This document shows positions 45,065-61,914 of a stretch of DNA of 64,000 bases, piece by piece. Numbering within the stretch: position 1 is the stretch's first letter; every line of letters begins with the position of its first letter. Under the pieces are notes generated by a model, which worked only from the letters and a program-made list of their open reading frames with translations, made no database searches and was not told where the DNA came from. The stretch is from NCBI RefSeq assembly GCF_009914755.1, contig NC_060936.1; one strand, written 5' to 3'. The translations under genes and the position numbers were made by a program. The stretch comes from the human T2T-CHM13v2.0 reference genome, Homo sapiens.

Positions 45065-46711
45065 TAGATTGAGGCTAACCTTTATGCAGCTGCTAATACC
45101 TACATTGTTTTGGTTTTAGTGACACATTGTTTATTTTGAGTGTGAATTTTCTCAGAATCTGACTAAGATCCTTGGTAGAATGCTTTCTGTTGAGTAGATT
45201 ATAGTCTCTTGAAAATGGGTTGTTATTAAGGAAGACCACAGGACATCAGGCTCTCTCTATATTATTGTTTCCTTTTGTGTATTTTCTGATTAAGTAAAGA
45301 TATTAAAACTCAAGTTATTTCACTCAAGGATGATAAGGATAAAGTTTTATTTCCTTTTAATCCTGATTAAACTGAAATAATCCTCAAAAGAGACTTTCTT
45401 TTATAAATACTTGATATAGTTTTTGGTGATTAAAGTACATATGCCTGTCAGTGTGAACAAAAAGCCATTCATGCTATATCAAAAATTGACCTGTCAGGTG
45501 TATTTTATCTCTGCATTTACAAAAGGATAATATGTACAAATATTTATTAATGAATTTAGAAATTAATGAATTAGTCCATGAAAAGAATATTTATGTGCCC
45601 ATAAACATTACTTTTGGATGATGAGTTTATGTTGTATGACTTTTAATTAAACATTTCAGAGTTAATTTCTAATTTTGACCCCAATGAATAAGATAATACA
45701 TTCTTTTATATGTCTTCTGGTACATATATGTAAGAATTTTTCTAGAGTATATTTCTCAGTATGGAATTACTGGATCATGGAGTATGTATATGTTCAGCTT
45801 TACTAATGCCAAAATGTTTTCCAACATAGTTGTAAGCGATTTGTGCCCTCGATAAGCAGGGTATGAGAATTTCCATTGTTCCATGTCCTAGCTGACTCTT
45901 GTGTCTCATTGTCCTTTTAATTTGTATTTTCCTAATTACCAAAGAGGTTAAGTGTCTTCCCATATGTTTCTGAGCCATTTATGTTTCCTCTTATGTTAAA
46001 TGCTTTTTTTTTTTTTCTTTTTTGGCTTTGTCCATTTTTCTATTGGGTTGTCTTTTTCTAATTTATTTATGGGAGTTCTTTATATATTCTGGATATTAAT
46101 TGTTAGTTATATATGTTTCAATTATTTTCGCTCAGTTTGTGACATATTTTCAACCCCTCTGGTGTCTTTTGGTGAACCAAACTGATTAATTTTAATGTTT
46201 AAATATTTTTCTTTTTTCTTTATGGCAACTACTTTTAATGTGTTGTTTTTTTTTAGAAATCCTTCTCAATCCTTAGATTATTAACGTGTTTTCATATATT
46301 TTCTTCTAAAAGTTTAAATATTTTGACTTTCATGTTTAGGTTTGTAATTCATCTGTAATTTTGTGTATGATATAAGATAGAGATGTAATTTTACTTTTTC
46401 CAATGTCCTTATATATTTCTTGAAGAAGTCATCCTGTCCCCACTAATCTGCAGTGCCATCTCTACAGTATATCAGATTTCTATATATGTGTGGGCTCCTT
46501 TCAGAACGTTCTATTCCACAGCCAAATCTACAGTATTAATATAACTTTAAAATAATTTTTAATATCTGGTCAAATTTCCCAGCCCTCTACTTACCCACAT
46601 GTTTTTCTTTTACAGCAGTTCCTTAGCTATTCTTAGTCATTTCTTTTCCATATAAATCTTAAAATCAGCTTTTCAAGTTCCGTAAGAACACTTGACAGGA
46701 TATTAAGGTTC

Positions 46712-46941
46712 TAGTTAGGTATCCCTTATCTGAAATGCTTAGGACCAGAAGTATTTTTGGATTTGGGATATTTTTTTCAGAATTTGGAACATTTGCATTA
46801 TATCAGTTAAGTATCCCAAAATCTGAAATCTGAAATGCTTCAATGAATATATATTTTTTAGCATATTGTTAATGCTTAACAAGTTTCAGATTTTGGAGCA
46901 TTTTTGGATTTTGGCTTTTCAGATTTGGGATGCTCAACTTA
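46712..46941. mobile_element. Tigger4a-like MITE
   Basis: tatcccttatctgaaatgcttaggaccagaag ... cagatttgggatgctcaactta. Confidence 0.75.
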
Positions 46942-48323
46942 TAATCACATTGGTTTTATAGATTTATAGATTAATTTTGGAGAAGAACTGATATCCTGAA
47001 GGTAATTTATTATCTATGAGCATGACATTTTTCTGTATTTGCTTAGATCTTCTTTAATCTTTTTTTCTTCTTTAATCTTTTAATGACATTTTCTTTTCTT
47101 CGTAAAGGTCTTGCATACCTTTGTTGAGAGAATTATAATTCTTTATAATTTAATTGAATTTCTTATTTTTGGTTATTATAAATTGTATTTTGAAATGATC
47201 TTTCTAACATTATTGCTGGTATGTGCATGTGCATTTGGCTTGTGCATAGTAATTTGATAACAGAAAAAAACTTTCTAAACTCTTATTTTTTTTTCTTTTT
47301 AATTGTTTATAAATGTATAGATTCTTTGGGATTTTGTATGAAGACAATTGATATAAATGATAAAATAATGGCATTTTATCTCTTTCTCCTAACTTCATCT
47401 ATATTGTGTATACATGTCTTTGTGTCTGTTCATGTGTTCATACACACTGGCCAAAGCCTCCAGTAAATACTGAAAATGGAGAGAAGAGATATCTTTACAG
47501 TGTTACTGATTTTACAGATAATGATTTTAATGCTTCACCACTGAGCGTAATGTTTGCTGTAGGTTTCTTATAGATACTTGCTATAAAGTACAGGATGTTC
47601 TCTTTTGTTTCTGGCTTACTAATAGTTTTTATCATGAATTGTTGTTGAATATTATTGAATGCTTTTTTTGCATATATTGAGATGACCAGATCATTTTCTC
47701 CTTCAGTCTTTGGAAATATTAACAGATTTTTCTAATGTTAAACTAACCATGTGTTCATGAAGAAACCTTTAAATTATCGGATTCAATTTGGCAATATTTG
47801 ATTTAGTACATTTTACATTTATTATGAGTAAGATTGATTTGTAATTTTCCTTTTTTATATTGACTTTGGTTTGATATTAAGTTTGTACCAATTTCTTACA
47901 TTGAGGGCAAGATTTATCCTTCTTTCTTTTCTCTCTTGTTAGACTTTGGGTTTGGTGTTTTCTTGGTAGGATTTTTGTTGTTAAGAATTGATGTACTTTC
48001 TTCAGTAGCTGTAGTAACATTTAGCTTCTCTGTTTCTTTTTTAGTTTGTTTTAGGAATTTACATTATTGTATAATTTGTCCATTTCACTTAAGTACTTTT
48101 TATCTGAGGTAGACTTAACTGCTGATTTTCTCGGGGACTATTAAGATCTTTCTCAGTAAATGTTTTGTGATTATAATTATAAACAAAGGACTCTGACATC
48201 CCTTGACTTCTTTGATCTTAGAGCTTCCTTATCTTTTTAATGTTGTTAGTTGTGCCCTACTTTGTTTCCCTTGGTTTGAACCTGGTTTGGATGTGCCTGT
48301 TTAATCTATAAAAGTCCTTGTTA

Positions 48324-48607
48324 GGCTGGGCACGGTGGCTCACGCCTGTAACCCCAGCACCATGGGAGGCCGAGGTGGGTGGATCACCTGAGGTCAGGAG
48401 TTTGTGACCAGCCTGGCCAACATGGTGAAACCCCATCTCTACTAAAAATATAAAAATTAGCTGGGCATGGTGGTGGGTGCCTGTAATTCCAGCTACTGGA
48501 GAGGCTGAGGCAGGAGAATTGCTTGAACCCAGGAGACGGAGGTTGCAGTGAACCAAACATGGTGCCATTGCACTCCAGCCCAGGCGACAGAGCGAGACTC
48601 TGTCTGG

Positions 48608-48633
<26 letters not shown>
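48324..48633 (+). mobile_element. AluS
   Basis: TSD aaaagtccttgtta; long poly-A. Confidence 0.93.
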
Positions 48634-48638
<5 letters not shown>

Positions 48639-50419
48639 TTGTTAATGGAAATCTTTTTTCTTAGATGCTGTTGTGGGAGGGTAATAAATATTAATAATTA
48701 TGTACTTTGTTTTAAATTTCCACTGGATGAATTGGCTTGGCTGATCTTCACTCAAAATTGGGACCAAATCCAAATGATTTTGACGGTTTAGAGAAGTTAA
48801 TGTTTTATTTTGTTTAAACTGTCATAGCCTCTGAGCATTATGAGGTTTTGCCATAACCATTTAATTATGGAGATAGTTTCCAATTTTTTTAATGATAACT
48901 TTTTTTAAAAAAAACTTTGGTTACTGTGATGTGCAGTGGAGCATAGTAGACTTCTTTTTCATTGATGCTGAAAATGGTATGTCCCCAAGTAGTAGAAGGG
49001 AACTTTGGAGAAGTAAAACTATTGCCAGATGGGCTTGGGTGGTTCAGTAAACCTTACAAAGGCAAAAGGCTTATATAAAATATGATCTTCATTTTCTGTT
49101 GAACTACTGCTAACACTGTATATTTGCAAGTCACTTTATTAAATTTCTCTTTGTTCCAATTAACACATCTTTGCTATGTGTCACCAGTAAATTAAATGGC
49201 AATTGGCCATTGGCTTACTGAGAATCATCAATTTCTTAGTGGCTAATTGTATGAGTGTAAAAACAAGATTGCTCACTTATATAAATTATCAAAAGATATA
49301 AGAAAACTTAAAATTCCTTCTCAGATTTCTATAGTAAACAACCCATACACTTTCACCTAGCGTTTACCATTAACGTTTTACTTCTATCCCTTCATCCCTT
49401 TATTAATCATCTTATTCTTTTAATGCATTTCAAAGGATATTGCATATATCAGTATGCTTTTCATGAAATACTTCAACATACGTATCATTAACTGGAATTT
49501 AATAGTTGTTTACAGCTTTTTTTTGAAGTAAAATTTATGGAAAGTAAAATGCATAAACTATAAGTGCATATTTGCTAATTTTTGACAAATGTGTTTGCTT
49601 ATGAAACCCAAAGTCCTTTCAAGATACAAGACATTGCCATCACCCCAGAAAGTTATGTCTTACCTTGTTAGAGTTTACATGTACCACCATTTTCCCCACT
49701 CCCACCCGTCATTCCAACTCTGCTCTTAGACAATCACTGTTCTAATTTCTTCTGCTGTGAATTAGTTTTGCCTATTTTGGAAATATACAGTATGACGTCT
49801 TTTATGGAAGGCCTCTTTCACTCAGCATGTTTGACATTCATCTTTAATGTTGTAAGAAGCAGTAGTTCCTTCCTTTTTTATTACCGTTGTATAAATATAC
49901 TACAATTGACTTGTCTCTTTTCCTGTTAATGGACTCTTGAATTGTATCCAGTTTTTGGCTATTACGAATAACACTATCTACATTCTTGCACAAGTCTTTT
50001 TGTGGACATGTGTTTTTATTTCTCTTGGGTAAATATATAGGAATGGAATTGCTAGGATATAAGATAGATGTATCTTTAATTTTGTAAGAAATTGTTAGAT
50101 TATTTTCCAAAGTGATTGTACCATTTTATACTTCAACAAAGACTGTATTAGAGCTTTGGTTGCTCCACATCCTCACCAGCATTTGATGTTGTCAGTCTTA
50201 ATCTTAGCCATTCTGGTAGATGAGTAGTGATATCGTGTTTTAATTACATTTTCCTAATAACTAATGATGTTGAGCACTTTTTCATGTGCTTGTTAGCTAT
50301 TCATATATTTTCTTTTGTGAAGTGTCTGTTTAGATCTTTTGTTCATTTTGTTGGGCGAGGGATGTTTCTTTTTATTACTGAGTTGTAAGAGTTATATATA
50401 TTACATATATATTCCTCCC

Positions 50420-51005
50420 ACCCCAGAAATTCCCCCCAACCCCAGAATTTTCTTCTCTTTATCTATGTTTCCAACTGGAGTGGGCCACATGAGACATTCC
50501 TGTATAAGATTGGAGAGCAGAAGTGAAGCAGATGTCACGTACGGTTCACACATGATGTCGCTTATCTGCTGGCTCATGTCGTTGGCTCTGCAGCAGTCAG
50601 ACCTGCGACTGCTCCACTTTCGCTGGATCCACTTTCAGTTTCTCTGACTCCTGGGACACATGTGTGCAGTTCTGTGACAAAGGAGACTAGCTGTCCTGAG
50701 GACATCCATACCATTGAGGTCAGATGCAGCAAGATATGATATGAGTTTCAGTCTATCCTCATGGGTTTCAGCTCATGCTGGTGAATTCCAGTATGTTCTT
50801 CTTCTTCCCTACTTTACATCCATCTTTCCTTCCTGGCAGCCTGCCCTGTGGACTCCAGCATTAGATGGAATGATCTGCTTAATATTGCTTAATTAGCTTT
50901 CACAATTGCATGAGACAGATTTATGTAACAAATTGTGTATATATTTCTGTATATGTGAATATGTATGTGTGTTGTTCTGCTTCTGTGATTGACTTCTGAC
51001 GGACA
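50420..51005 (+). mobile_element. ERVL-class LTR (MLT2-like)
   Basis: gcctgccctgtggactcc, cacaattgcatgag and terminal gttctgcttct...ctgacggaca motifs. Confidence 0.55.
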
Positions 51006-51928
51006 CTTCCCAACTCTTTTTATGAGTCTAGCATAAATTTGGTACCAAGACCTGATAATGCTATTACAAGAAGGGAAAATTATAGGCCAATATTTCTAAT
51101 GAACATGGATGTAAAAATCCTAAACAAAATGTTATCAAATAGAATCCAGTTATGAAAAAGGTAAAATTTCATGACCAGGTGAGGTTTATTTCAGGAATGT
51201 AAAATTGAACTTTCAGAAAAAAATTGGTAAAATTCACCACTGTAAATGAATACAGGAGACAAAAACACGATCATCTCAAATATAGAAAAGCACAATGATT
51301 GGCTGTGCTGAATGCTACTGGTTGAGTAAGATGAGAACTGAGAATTTATCTTTGATTTGGCTATGTGATAGTCATTGCTGACCTTAATGAAGCAGTTTCA
51401 ATGACACTGGTAGAGATTCAACCTTGATAGGAGAGAATTTAATAAGAATGGAAAGAGAACAAATGGAAACAGTGAATATAAATAGTATGTCACCGATTTA
51501 CACTGAAGAATGCAGAAAAATTAGATTGTAGATGGAAGAGAGTTGGCTATTGCTATTTAAAGATGGAAGATATTGTAGCATGATAAGAAGTGGCTATGCT
51601 GAATTTGTGGGACTCAAGTAACAAAAGGATTTACATGCTGTAAACAGTATGGAATAAAATAGACATTCATCCTCCTTCCCAACTCTTAAGTATGTGTGGT
51701 GGTAATGGGATCAGTGAAGTGGAGAACGCTATAAGGGTATTTGTTATTCAGAAGGTATAGTACAAAGATTGGAGAGAGAAGAGAGAAGAAACACAGTGCT
51801 GTTTAGAGATGAAAGTGTGGGAGGATAGATATCTAGAGGGGCTCATATCTGGATGGAGAGCAAGGGTAAGAGAGAACAAGGTGTGGTAATTTGGCTAGCA
51901 AGGGAATTAGTCCTGACACTCCCTTAGA

Positions 51929-51930
<2 letters not shown>

Positions 51931-51965
<35 letters not shown>
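51931..51965. repeat. (GT)17 microsatellite
   Basis: Directly visible. Confidence 0.97.
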
Positions 51966-51966
<1 letters not shown>

Positions 51967-52782
51967 AGTTGATGTAGTTGGCAGGGAAGGGTAGCTCCTG
52001 GTAGGCGTTTAGGCCACTCAGAATTCAGCAATAAAATTAGGAGGTTATCCTTCTGAGACAGTTTGAATTTGGTTGGTAAGTTGACCTCCAGTTTTTTTTT
52101 CTTTCTTTGAGAAGAGTCAACTTGAGTTTTTTTGTTTGTTTGTTTTTAATTTGAAGGCTCAGAAGAGAGATCCAAGGCTTCCAGCATGTGGGCTTGTAGA
52201 GAGTACTTAGAGACGCGAGATATGGGGGCCAGCTGAGAGTGGTGAAGATGGTTAAGCTCTTGTTTTGCTCCAAGAATTGGAGTGGGTAAGGTATCTTCTC
52301 ACCATGCTCAATGCAGTTGGTTTGTGAGATAGTGGGGTGGGAGACACAGGGAGAGTTTATGATGCTCCACTGTAATTAGTCCAGTAACTGTGAGACCAGT
52401 TGAGTAGGAACGTGGATATCCTCAAGCTTTGTTCCACTGTTACAGCTGGTAAACATGGATGAATTGATTTAAATATTTATTTTGCAACAATGTGGATTTG
52501 AATTATGGATATAGTTTCCTCTTTTTGGTTAATTATATGCACATTTGAATTCATCTCTGTCTATGAGTACTAGTGGACTAGCTGCTTCCCTGGATCTCGT
52601 TACTGGATGGTATGTTGCTCTTAGTGTCATCCAAACAGAATTATTTTAAAAGTGAAATGAAGAAACCAGTTGTAGTGAATTACACATCACCAATTTTTAG
52701 AGCTGTAGACTAATATCTTGAAAATTGCCTTAACATCTTTTTGCCACAAATCAAGATATAAGTAACATTAAGAGTTATGTAA

Positions 52783-53088
<306 letters not shown>

Positions 53089-53839
53089 TTATGTGAACAT
53101 GCTTGAAATGATGTTCATGGCTAAATTTTTCAGTTACCTTGTAAAGATGATTCTTGGATATTGTTTTGATTCTGAGTACTTTTGGAGTCATCTGATAGTA
53201 TGCTTCGAGAATAACAATCTGATGATAGCTTTCAACATTGGGTTACCAACAAAGCTTGTTATTTTGTATACATTGATTCATAATTTCAGGTTTCTTCACC
53301 ATTATGGTAAGTAGTGTATTGAGTCTTCATTCTAACACATGTTAGGAATTTATGTTTGTACTCATGGATGTCTTTAACCCTCAGACATTTCTACTTATAT
53401 TGAGAACTCTAGACTGAAAACATTTTGAAATGTAGTGGTTTTACTATGTAGGAGGAACATGTGATTCATTTGTTCTGCTTCATTTTCTTCTGTTTGTGAT
53501 AGAGATTGGATCAGATGAAAGTGTCTTGATAATGATATACATGCCATTCTTTTCATTCTATGTATTTGTAGTCCTTTTTTGCCATCATAACTTTGTTTAT
53601 GATATTCCCTGCTCTTAAAATACCCTCATCTTGTCCCTCCACCTATCTATATCTAAAATATCCTTCAAGACCTTCCTTTTGCAGCTTTCTCTGAGTACTA
53701 CAGCCAAATCCTCTTGTCTGAACTCCAACATGTGTAATACATTATCATCCTGTTTAAATATAATTATTTCTTATATTTATTAATTTATCAAGGCCCTAAA
53801 TATCTGCATAAGCTTGCCTTCATGGTTTCACTTTTTCAT

Positions 53840-54298
53840 TGTTCTCTATATTCATGCCATGTAACTTTGGCATGCCTTCCCACTGTGGGTGGGGTAACCT
53901 GCCCACTGTTTGACTCTGGTTTCAGGCATGTGATTTGCTTTAACTAATGAGATATTATCAGATATCATGCAAGCAGAGGCTTGAAATGGTCTTGCACATT
54001 GGGAATTCCCTCTTGAGCCTCTGCCACCACCATGAAAACATTCCCATGCTAGCCTGCTGGAGAGAGCCACATGGAGGAGAGCCATGCTACCCTAACTGCC
54101 ATAGCTGAGGCTATCCTCGATCAGCACACATCCATTCAAGCACCAGACACTGGAGAAAGTCCACTTGAGGTCAGTAGAGCTGCCTAGCAGATGCCCAACT
54201 GACCCAAAAAGCATAAGACATAAACATTTATTGTTGTATACCCTCTGAAGTTTTGCATGTGTTACACCATATTACTATAGTAATAGATAATTGATACA
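53840..54298 (+). mobile_element. MaLR LTR (MLT1H/I-like)
   Basis: catgtgatttgctttaactaatgag; ends aatagataattgataca. Confidence 0.7.
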
Positions 54299-54831
54299 AA
54301 TGTCCTACATGGCCTGGACCATGCATTCCTTGCTAAATTTATTTCTTGCTACTCTGTCCCTCTTTCGTCACTCTCTAGTGATATTGGCCTTCTGTTTTTA
54401 TGATATGCCAAGATCATTTCTGACGCAAGACTTTTTCCCTGCTATTCTCTTTGTCAGGAGCATCTTTCTCCTGTTATTTATCTGAGCATTTATCACTCAT
54501 TATTGTGATGCTCAGCTCAAATATCATGGTTTCTGAGAGTGCTTCCTTGACCCTATGAGCTAAAGGAGCCCCCTTCCCACTCATTCTTTCCCTATTCCTT
54601 TCACTCCTTTATTTTCTTCACTGTGCTTCTGTCTAAAATTATCTTACTTGTTTACATGCTTATTGTCCATTTCCTCTAATGCCAGTGAGGGAGATGGTAT
54701 CAAGAACAGAGTATCAAGAACAGAGTCTGGCACATAGTAGCCTTTCAATAAACATGTAATAAATGTATGAATTATTTTTTCATTAAGAGAACAGATGGTA
54801 GAAACTATGATAGGTTCTAGAATATGATAGA

Positions 54832-57667
54832 GTATTTACTTATTACCTAGGTCTGCTGTGACAAATTACCACAAACTTGATGGCTTAAGGCAACAAAAGC
54901 CCAAAATCAATGCGTGGACAGGACTGTGTTTCCTCCAGAGACTCTAGGGGAGAGCCCTTCCTTGCCTCTTCCAGCTTCTGGTGACTGTTGGCATTCACTG
55001 CCTTGTGGTAGCATCCTCTGCTCTGTCTTCAATGACCTTCTCCTCTTTGTGTCTGTTCCTAATATTCCTCTGCCTCTCTCTTATAAGGATTCATGTGATG
55101 GCATTTAGGGCCCACCAGGATTATCTCCTCATCTCAAGATTCTTAGTCACATCTGCCAAGACTCTTTTAGGGGTAACATTCAAAATGAATAAAGAAAACT
55201 ACAGGACAATATGCCTGATGAACACAGATGCAAACCTCCTCAACGTAATACTAGCAAACCAAATACAGCAGCACATAAAAAATTGCTTCACCATGATCAA
55301 GTAAGTTTCATTTCTGAGATGCAGGTTGGCTCAACATATGAAAATCAATAAATATGATTCACCACATATGCAGAATTAAGAAGAAAAACCATATGATCAT
55401 CTCAGTAGACACAGGAAAAGCTTTCAGTAAAATCCAACATCCCTTCATGATAAAAACCCTCAAAAAACTAGGCATTGAAGATACATACCTCAAAAAATAA
55501 GCGCCATCTCTGACAAACCTACAGACAACATCATACTGAATGGACAATAACTGGAATCATTCCCCTTGAGATTGGAATAAGACAAGGATGCCCACTCTCA
55601 CCACTCCTGTTCAAAATAGTACTGGAAGTCCTTGCCAGAGCAATCAGGCAAGAGAAAGAAATAAAAGGCATGCGAATAGGAGAAAAAGTCGAACTATCTT
55701 CACTGATGATATAACTCGATACTTAGGAAACTAAAGACTCTGCCAAAAGGCTCCTGAAACTCATAAGCGCTTCAGTAAAGTATGAGGATACAAAATTAAC
55801 ATACAGAAGTTTGTAGCATTTCTATACACCAATAACATTCAAGCTGAAAGCTAAATCAAGAATGCAATTCCATTTACAATACACATGGACACACACACAC
55901 GCCTAGGATACAAATAACCAAAGAGGTAAAAGATCTCCCCAAGGAGAACTACAAAACACTGCTGAAAGAAATCCCAGATGGAAACAAACAAATAGAAAAC
56001 TATTCTACGCTCACAGATTGGAAGAATCAATATCATTAAAATAGTCATACTGTCCAAAGCGATCTACAAGTCCAATGCTATTCCTATCAAGCTATCAATA
56101 TCATTTTTCACAAAACTGGAAAAGACTATTCTAAAATTTATATGGAACAACAACAACAGAAAGCCCAAATAGCCAAAGCAATCCTAAACAAAAAAACAAA
56201 GCTGGAAGCATCAAATTACCTGACTTCAAACTATACTATAAGGCTACAGTAAACAAAACAGCATGGCACTGGTGCAAAAACAGAAACACATAGACCAGTG
56301 GAACAGAACAGAGAACCCAGAAATAAAGCTGCACACCTACAGCCACCTGACCTTCATCAAAGTTGACAAAAATAGTCAATGGGGAAATGACTCCCTATTC
56401 TATAAATGGTTCTGGGATAGCTGGCTAGTCACATTGCAAAAGAATGAAACCAGACCTCTATATTTCACCATATACAAAAATTAACCCAAGAGGGATTAAA
56501 GTGTAAGACCACAAATTATAAGAATTCTAGAAGAAAACCTAGGAAACATCTTTCTGGAGATTGGTCATAGGAGAGAACGTATTACTAAGTCCTCAAAAGC
56601 AATTGCAACAAAACCAAAAATTGATAAGTGGGACCTGCATAAACTAAAGAGCTTCTGCACAGCAAAATAAACTATCAACAGAATAAAAAGACAACCTACA
56701 GAATGAGAGAAAATATTCACAAACTATGCATCCAACAAAGGTCTAACATCTAGAATATATAAGAAACAAACAGTTGAACAAGCAAAAAACAAATAGCCCC
56801 ATTAAAAAATGGAGAAAATACATGAAGAGACACTTCTCAAAAGAAGACATACAAGCAGCCAACAAACATTTAAAAATGTTCAGCATCACTAGAGAAATGC
56901 AAATCAAAACCACAATGAGATGCCTTCTTATACCAGTTAAAATGGGTATTATTAAAAAGTCAAAAATCAACAGATGCCGGCAAGGCTGTAGAGAAAAGGG
57001 AATGCTTATACACCGTTGGTGGGAATGTAAATTAGTTTAGCCCCTGTGGAAAGCAGTTTGCAGATTTCTCAAAGAACTTGAAACAGAACTACCATTTGAC
57101 CTAGCAATCCTATTACTGGTATGCATCCAAAAGAAAGTAAGTTGCTCTACTAAAAAGACATATGTACTCATATGTTCATCACAATGCTATTCATAATAGT
57201 AAAGACATGGAGTCATCTAGGTGCCCATCAAAAGCAGATTAGAAAAAGAGAATGGGGTATTATACACCATGGAATACTATGCACCCATAGAAAAAAAATT
57301 ATGTCCTTTTTAGCAACATGGAAACAGCTGGAAGCCATTATCCTAAGCAAATTAACACAGGAACAAAACAAAATACCACATGTTCTCACTTATAAGTGGG
57401 AGTAAAACAGGTACTTGTGGACATAAAGGTGCTAACAGTAGACTCGGGACTACTAGGGGAGGGAGCAAGGAAGGCAGGGGGTAGGGGCTGAAAAATTGTT
57501 GGGTACTATGCTCAGTACTTGGGTGACTCAAGTAATCTGCACATGTACACCCTGAATCTAAAAAGTTGAAATTATAAAAATAATAAAATATTTTTTTAAA
57601 AGATAGCATTCACAGCTTCCAGGGATTCAGTGTGAATACTTTTGGGGGCCATTTTTTGGCCTGCCAG
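54832..57667 (-). mobile_element. MaLR LTR (MLT1B/C-like) split by an L1 insertion
   Basis: ctgctgtgacaaattaccacaaacttgatggcttaa at 54853; resumes at about 57604 (tagcattcacagcttccaggg). Confidence 0.7.
55183..57597 (+). mobile_element. 5'-truncated L1 (L1PA16/L1PB-like), ORF2 3' half + 3' UTR, disrupted
   Basis: [30 protein letters not shown] and [14 protein letters not shown] peptides; L1 3' UTR and A-rich tail; TSD ta(a/g)cattca. Confidence 0.9.
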
Positions 57668-58117
57668 AAGTATAAACACTATCAACTCTAGTATATAAGA
57701 GGCAAAACAGTATTATCTGCACATGACCATGCTGTTTAAGCTCTGTGCCTACTTGCTCTCCTGCAAAGCACAGATATCAATAGTACCTATTTCCAAAGAT
57801 TGTTGTGAGGATTGATATGTAAGTACCCAGTAGTTTCTATGACATAAGTATTCAATAAATATCATTACACTGTTAAACAATGCCTACTGAACATTTCCTA
57901 TGTGCCAAGCTTCGTCCCAAGTACATGTCATGCCTTAGCCAATTTAGTCCTCACAACAATCCTATGAGTAGAGACTGTCTCTTGCTGAAGGTCATATACC
58001 TAGTAAGCGGTGGTGAGATTGAAACCCAGACACTCTGCTCCAGAAGTCTGTGCTCTTAACCGCTCCAGATGTGGCCTTTCTGAATGATGCTACTGTTGTT
58101 TTAAAATAATTGCTCTA

Positions 58118-58809
<692 letters not shown>

Positions 58810-59189
58810 TCACAGAGGAGAAATCATGAATCTTTATAGCCTTGTGTTAACATGACTTCCTTTTGTTGATAGAGTGGTTTATTAGTCTCAAGACCTTTGA
58901 AATGGCACATGAATTGCTTGGACAGATTATGGAGACATCCACCCTTCTTTAGAGATTTAAGTAAGTAGAACCAGTTAGTGTGCCTCTTCTGTTTCTCACC
59001 TTGCTCAATGCAGAATGAACTTGGTGTATATCCACCAGAAGCACCTGCTTATCTACTGTTTGCTGTCGTTGCAGGTATCTGTTGAGATTAGCTGTAACGA
59101 GTTGTATGTAATTTTATAACTAACTGAATTAAGAAAAGCCTTTGTAAGATTCAGTATCTGCTTCAGGTCATTGAAATGTAAAATTAGAA

Positions 59190-60172
<983 letters not shown>

Positions 60173-61914
60173 GTATTGAATAATTGAATGAATGTTCTGC
60201 AATGTAACAGTCCAGTTAGCTATATAGCACTGCTTGGGATGCAGTGTGGCCTGCTTGTCTAACACTATTATGGAGATATTTCTATGGATTTATTTGTATT
60301 ATTAATGATTGAGTTTATAATCCTATCTTTTAATGTTGTGTACTTCAAATGCTATTAGTTTTCTAGATAGCCAAAGATGGCTAAACTCTCTTCTGCCCTT
60401 CTTTAACTACAATTTAGAGAAGTGGAATTTCCATGTAAGCAACCTATTGAGCATCTTTACTGAATATCTTTTATTTGTGTATATTTTGGGGGTAGTGGGG
60501 AAAAGGGACATTTTAATGGCAAAACCTAAGTTAGGGCCCCATTCTCTACTTGAAACTCTAGACATTTTTAACTGAATTTTTAATAAAAAATTACTGAGGC
60601 TTTGTAGAAAAAGATGAGAATGGGGTAGCATAGAGTAGTTGCGCTAGCCACATTTCAAGTGCTCCAGTGCTGCATGTGGCTAGTAGCTACCATATTGAAC
60701 AGTGTAGATATAGAACATTTTCATCATTACAGAAAGTTCTATTATACAGCACTGCTCCAAACAGTAGGAACTCTGAACATTGAGCTAGATAATAAGATAT
60801 AATCATTTTATGTTTTGTATCCACAGTGGGGAAATGTAAGGAATTGTGTCTTGTAATTCTCTTATACTGTACCTTTATTTGCTCAACAGATGTTTGTTTT
60901 GCCTCTAATAATATATACCAGGCACTCTACTAGGCACTGGGAATTCAGGGGTAGACACAATAGCCTCAGGCCTTTCTGTATGGAGCTTGTATTCTCATGG
61001 AAGAGCAGTCATTAAGTAGATAATCATACAAATAACTATAGTCTCTATAGTGCTGGTTGTATAGTAGATGTTTAAATGACTGTTGATTAATTGACTAATG
61101 TGTACAGTCCCATCATCTTCTTAGATACTGACAAATCATAGGAACAAAAAGCTAGCTAGTAATTTATAGTTAAGGTCTGCAAGTAACATTAAAATTTCAG
61201 TGCAGTCAATAAATTTAGTTCTGTTCAGACTGTTTTTGTTATTTTTCTTATTTTTGACATAGAGCAAAGATTATGTCAGTTGCCCTGTGGTTTAAAGCCA
61301 CAGTTATTCTAGAAGCACAGTTGCCATCATTGAGTAGTAGCTGATCCAAAAGAATTCCAGCCAAGGTCTTGCCAATGATGGAAAGAAATGATGTGTCCTG
61401 GAAGTTGCCAAAAATTATGTTTTTCTTGTTGAAGACAATCTTTGTATCTTTAAGCCCTTCATATGTTGTGACATGAGCACATATGAATGTTCCCTAAAAG
61501 GCAACAATTATGCTGTCAAATTCATTCAAGCAGTAGTTATCCCTGTATAATTTGAAGTTATACAGATGCCTAATAAGTGTTTTGATGCTGTTGCTACTGA
61601 TGTTGCTGATGACATTACATAGAAAGTTGCAGAAGATAAACCATGAAGATTGACACTTTACCATTATTATTTTGATTTTGTTTCTCTCTTCACATCATCA
61701 AGTCTTGCTTATGCTGTTAAGCCCTAGCAGTTCTTTAATATGGAAGGGGGTATGACATATAATTTCCACCTCTGAGAATTATTTTCTTTTTGTTGATTTT
61801 TGCAACTTCATCCAGACTTCTCTAAAATGGTGTATCTGTGTGCTTTGTATTGTTGGACACTGACACTGTTGATGTAATAATCAGGGGCTTATTGTACCAG
61901 TTAATAATTAGCCA

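Larger units (their letters stand above)
45700..50400 (-). mobile_element. Block of old L1ME/MC fragments with nested Tigger4a and Alu
   Basis: T-rich strand; ORFs 45775..45978 and 49844..50110 resemble the L1 ORF2 C-terminus; a gap near 48.1-49.3 kb is unassigned. Confidence 0.65.

Noticed and set aside
54981-57609. ORFs with reverse-transcriptase-like peptides
   Set aside because: Fragments of a truncated L1 ORF2 with frameshifts and stops; not an active RT system
59014-59074. Possible 61-nt + strand exon (tgcag| ... cag|gtatct)
   Set aside because: Weak donor and no context; such pairs are common by chance
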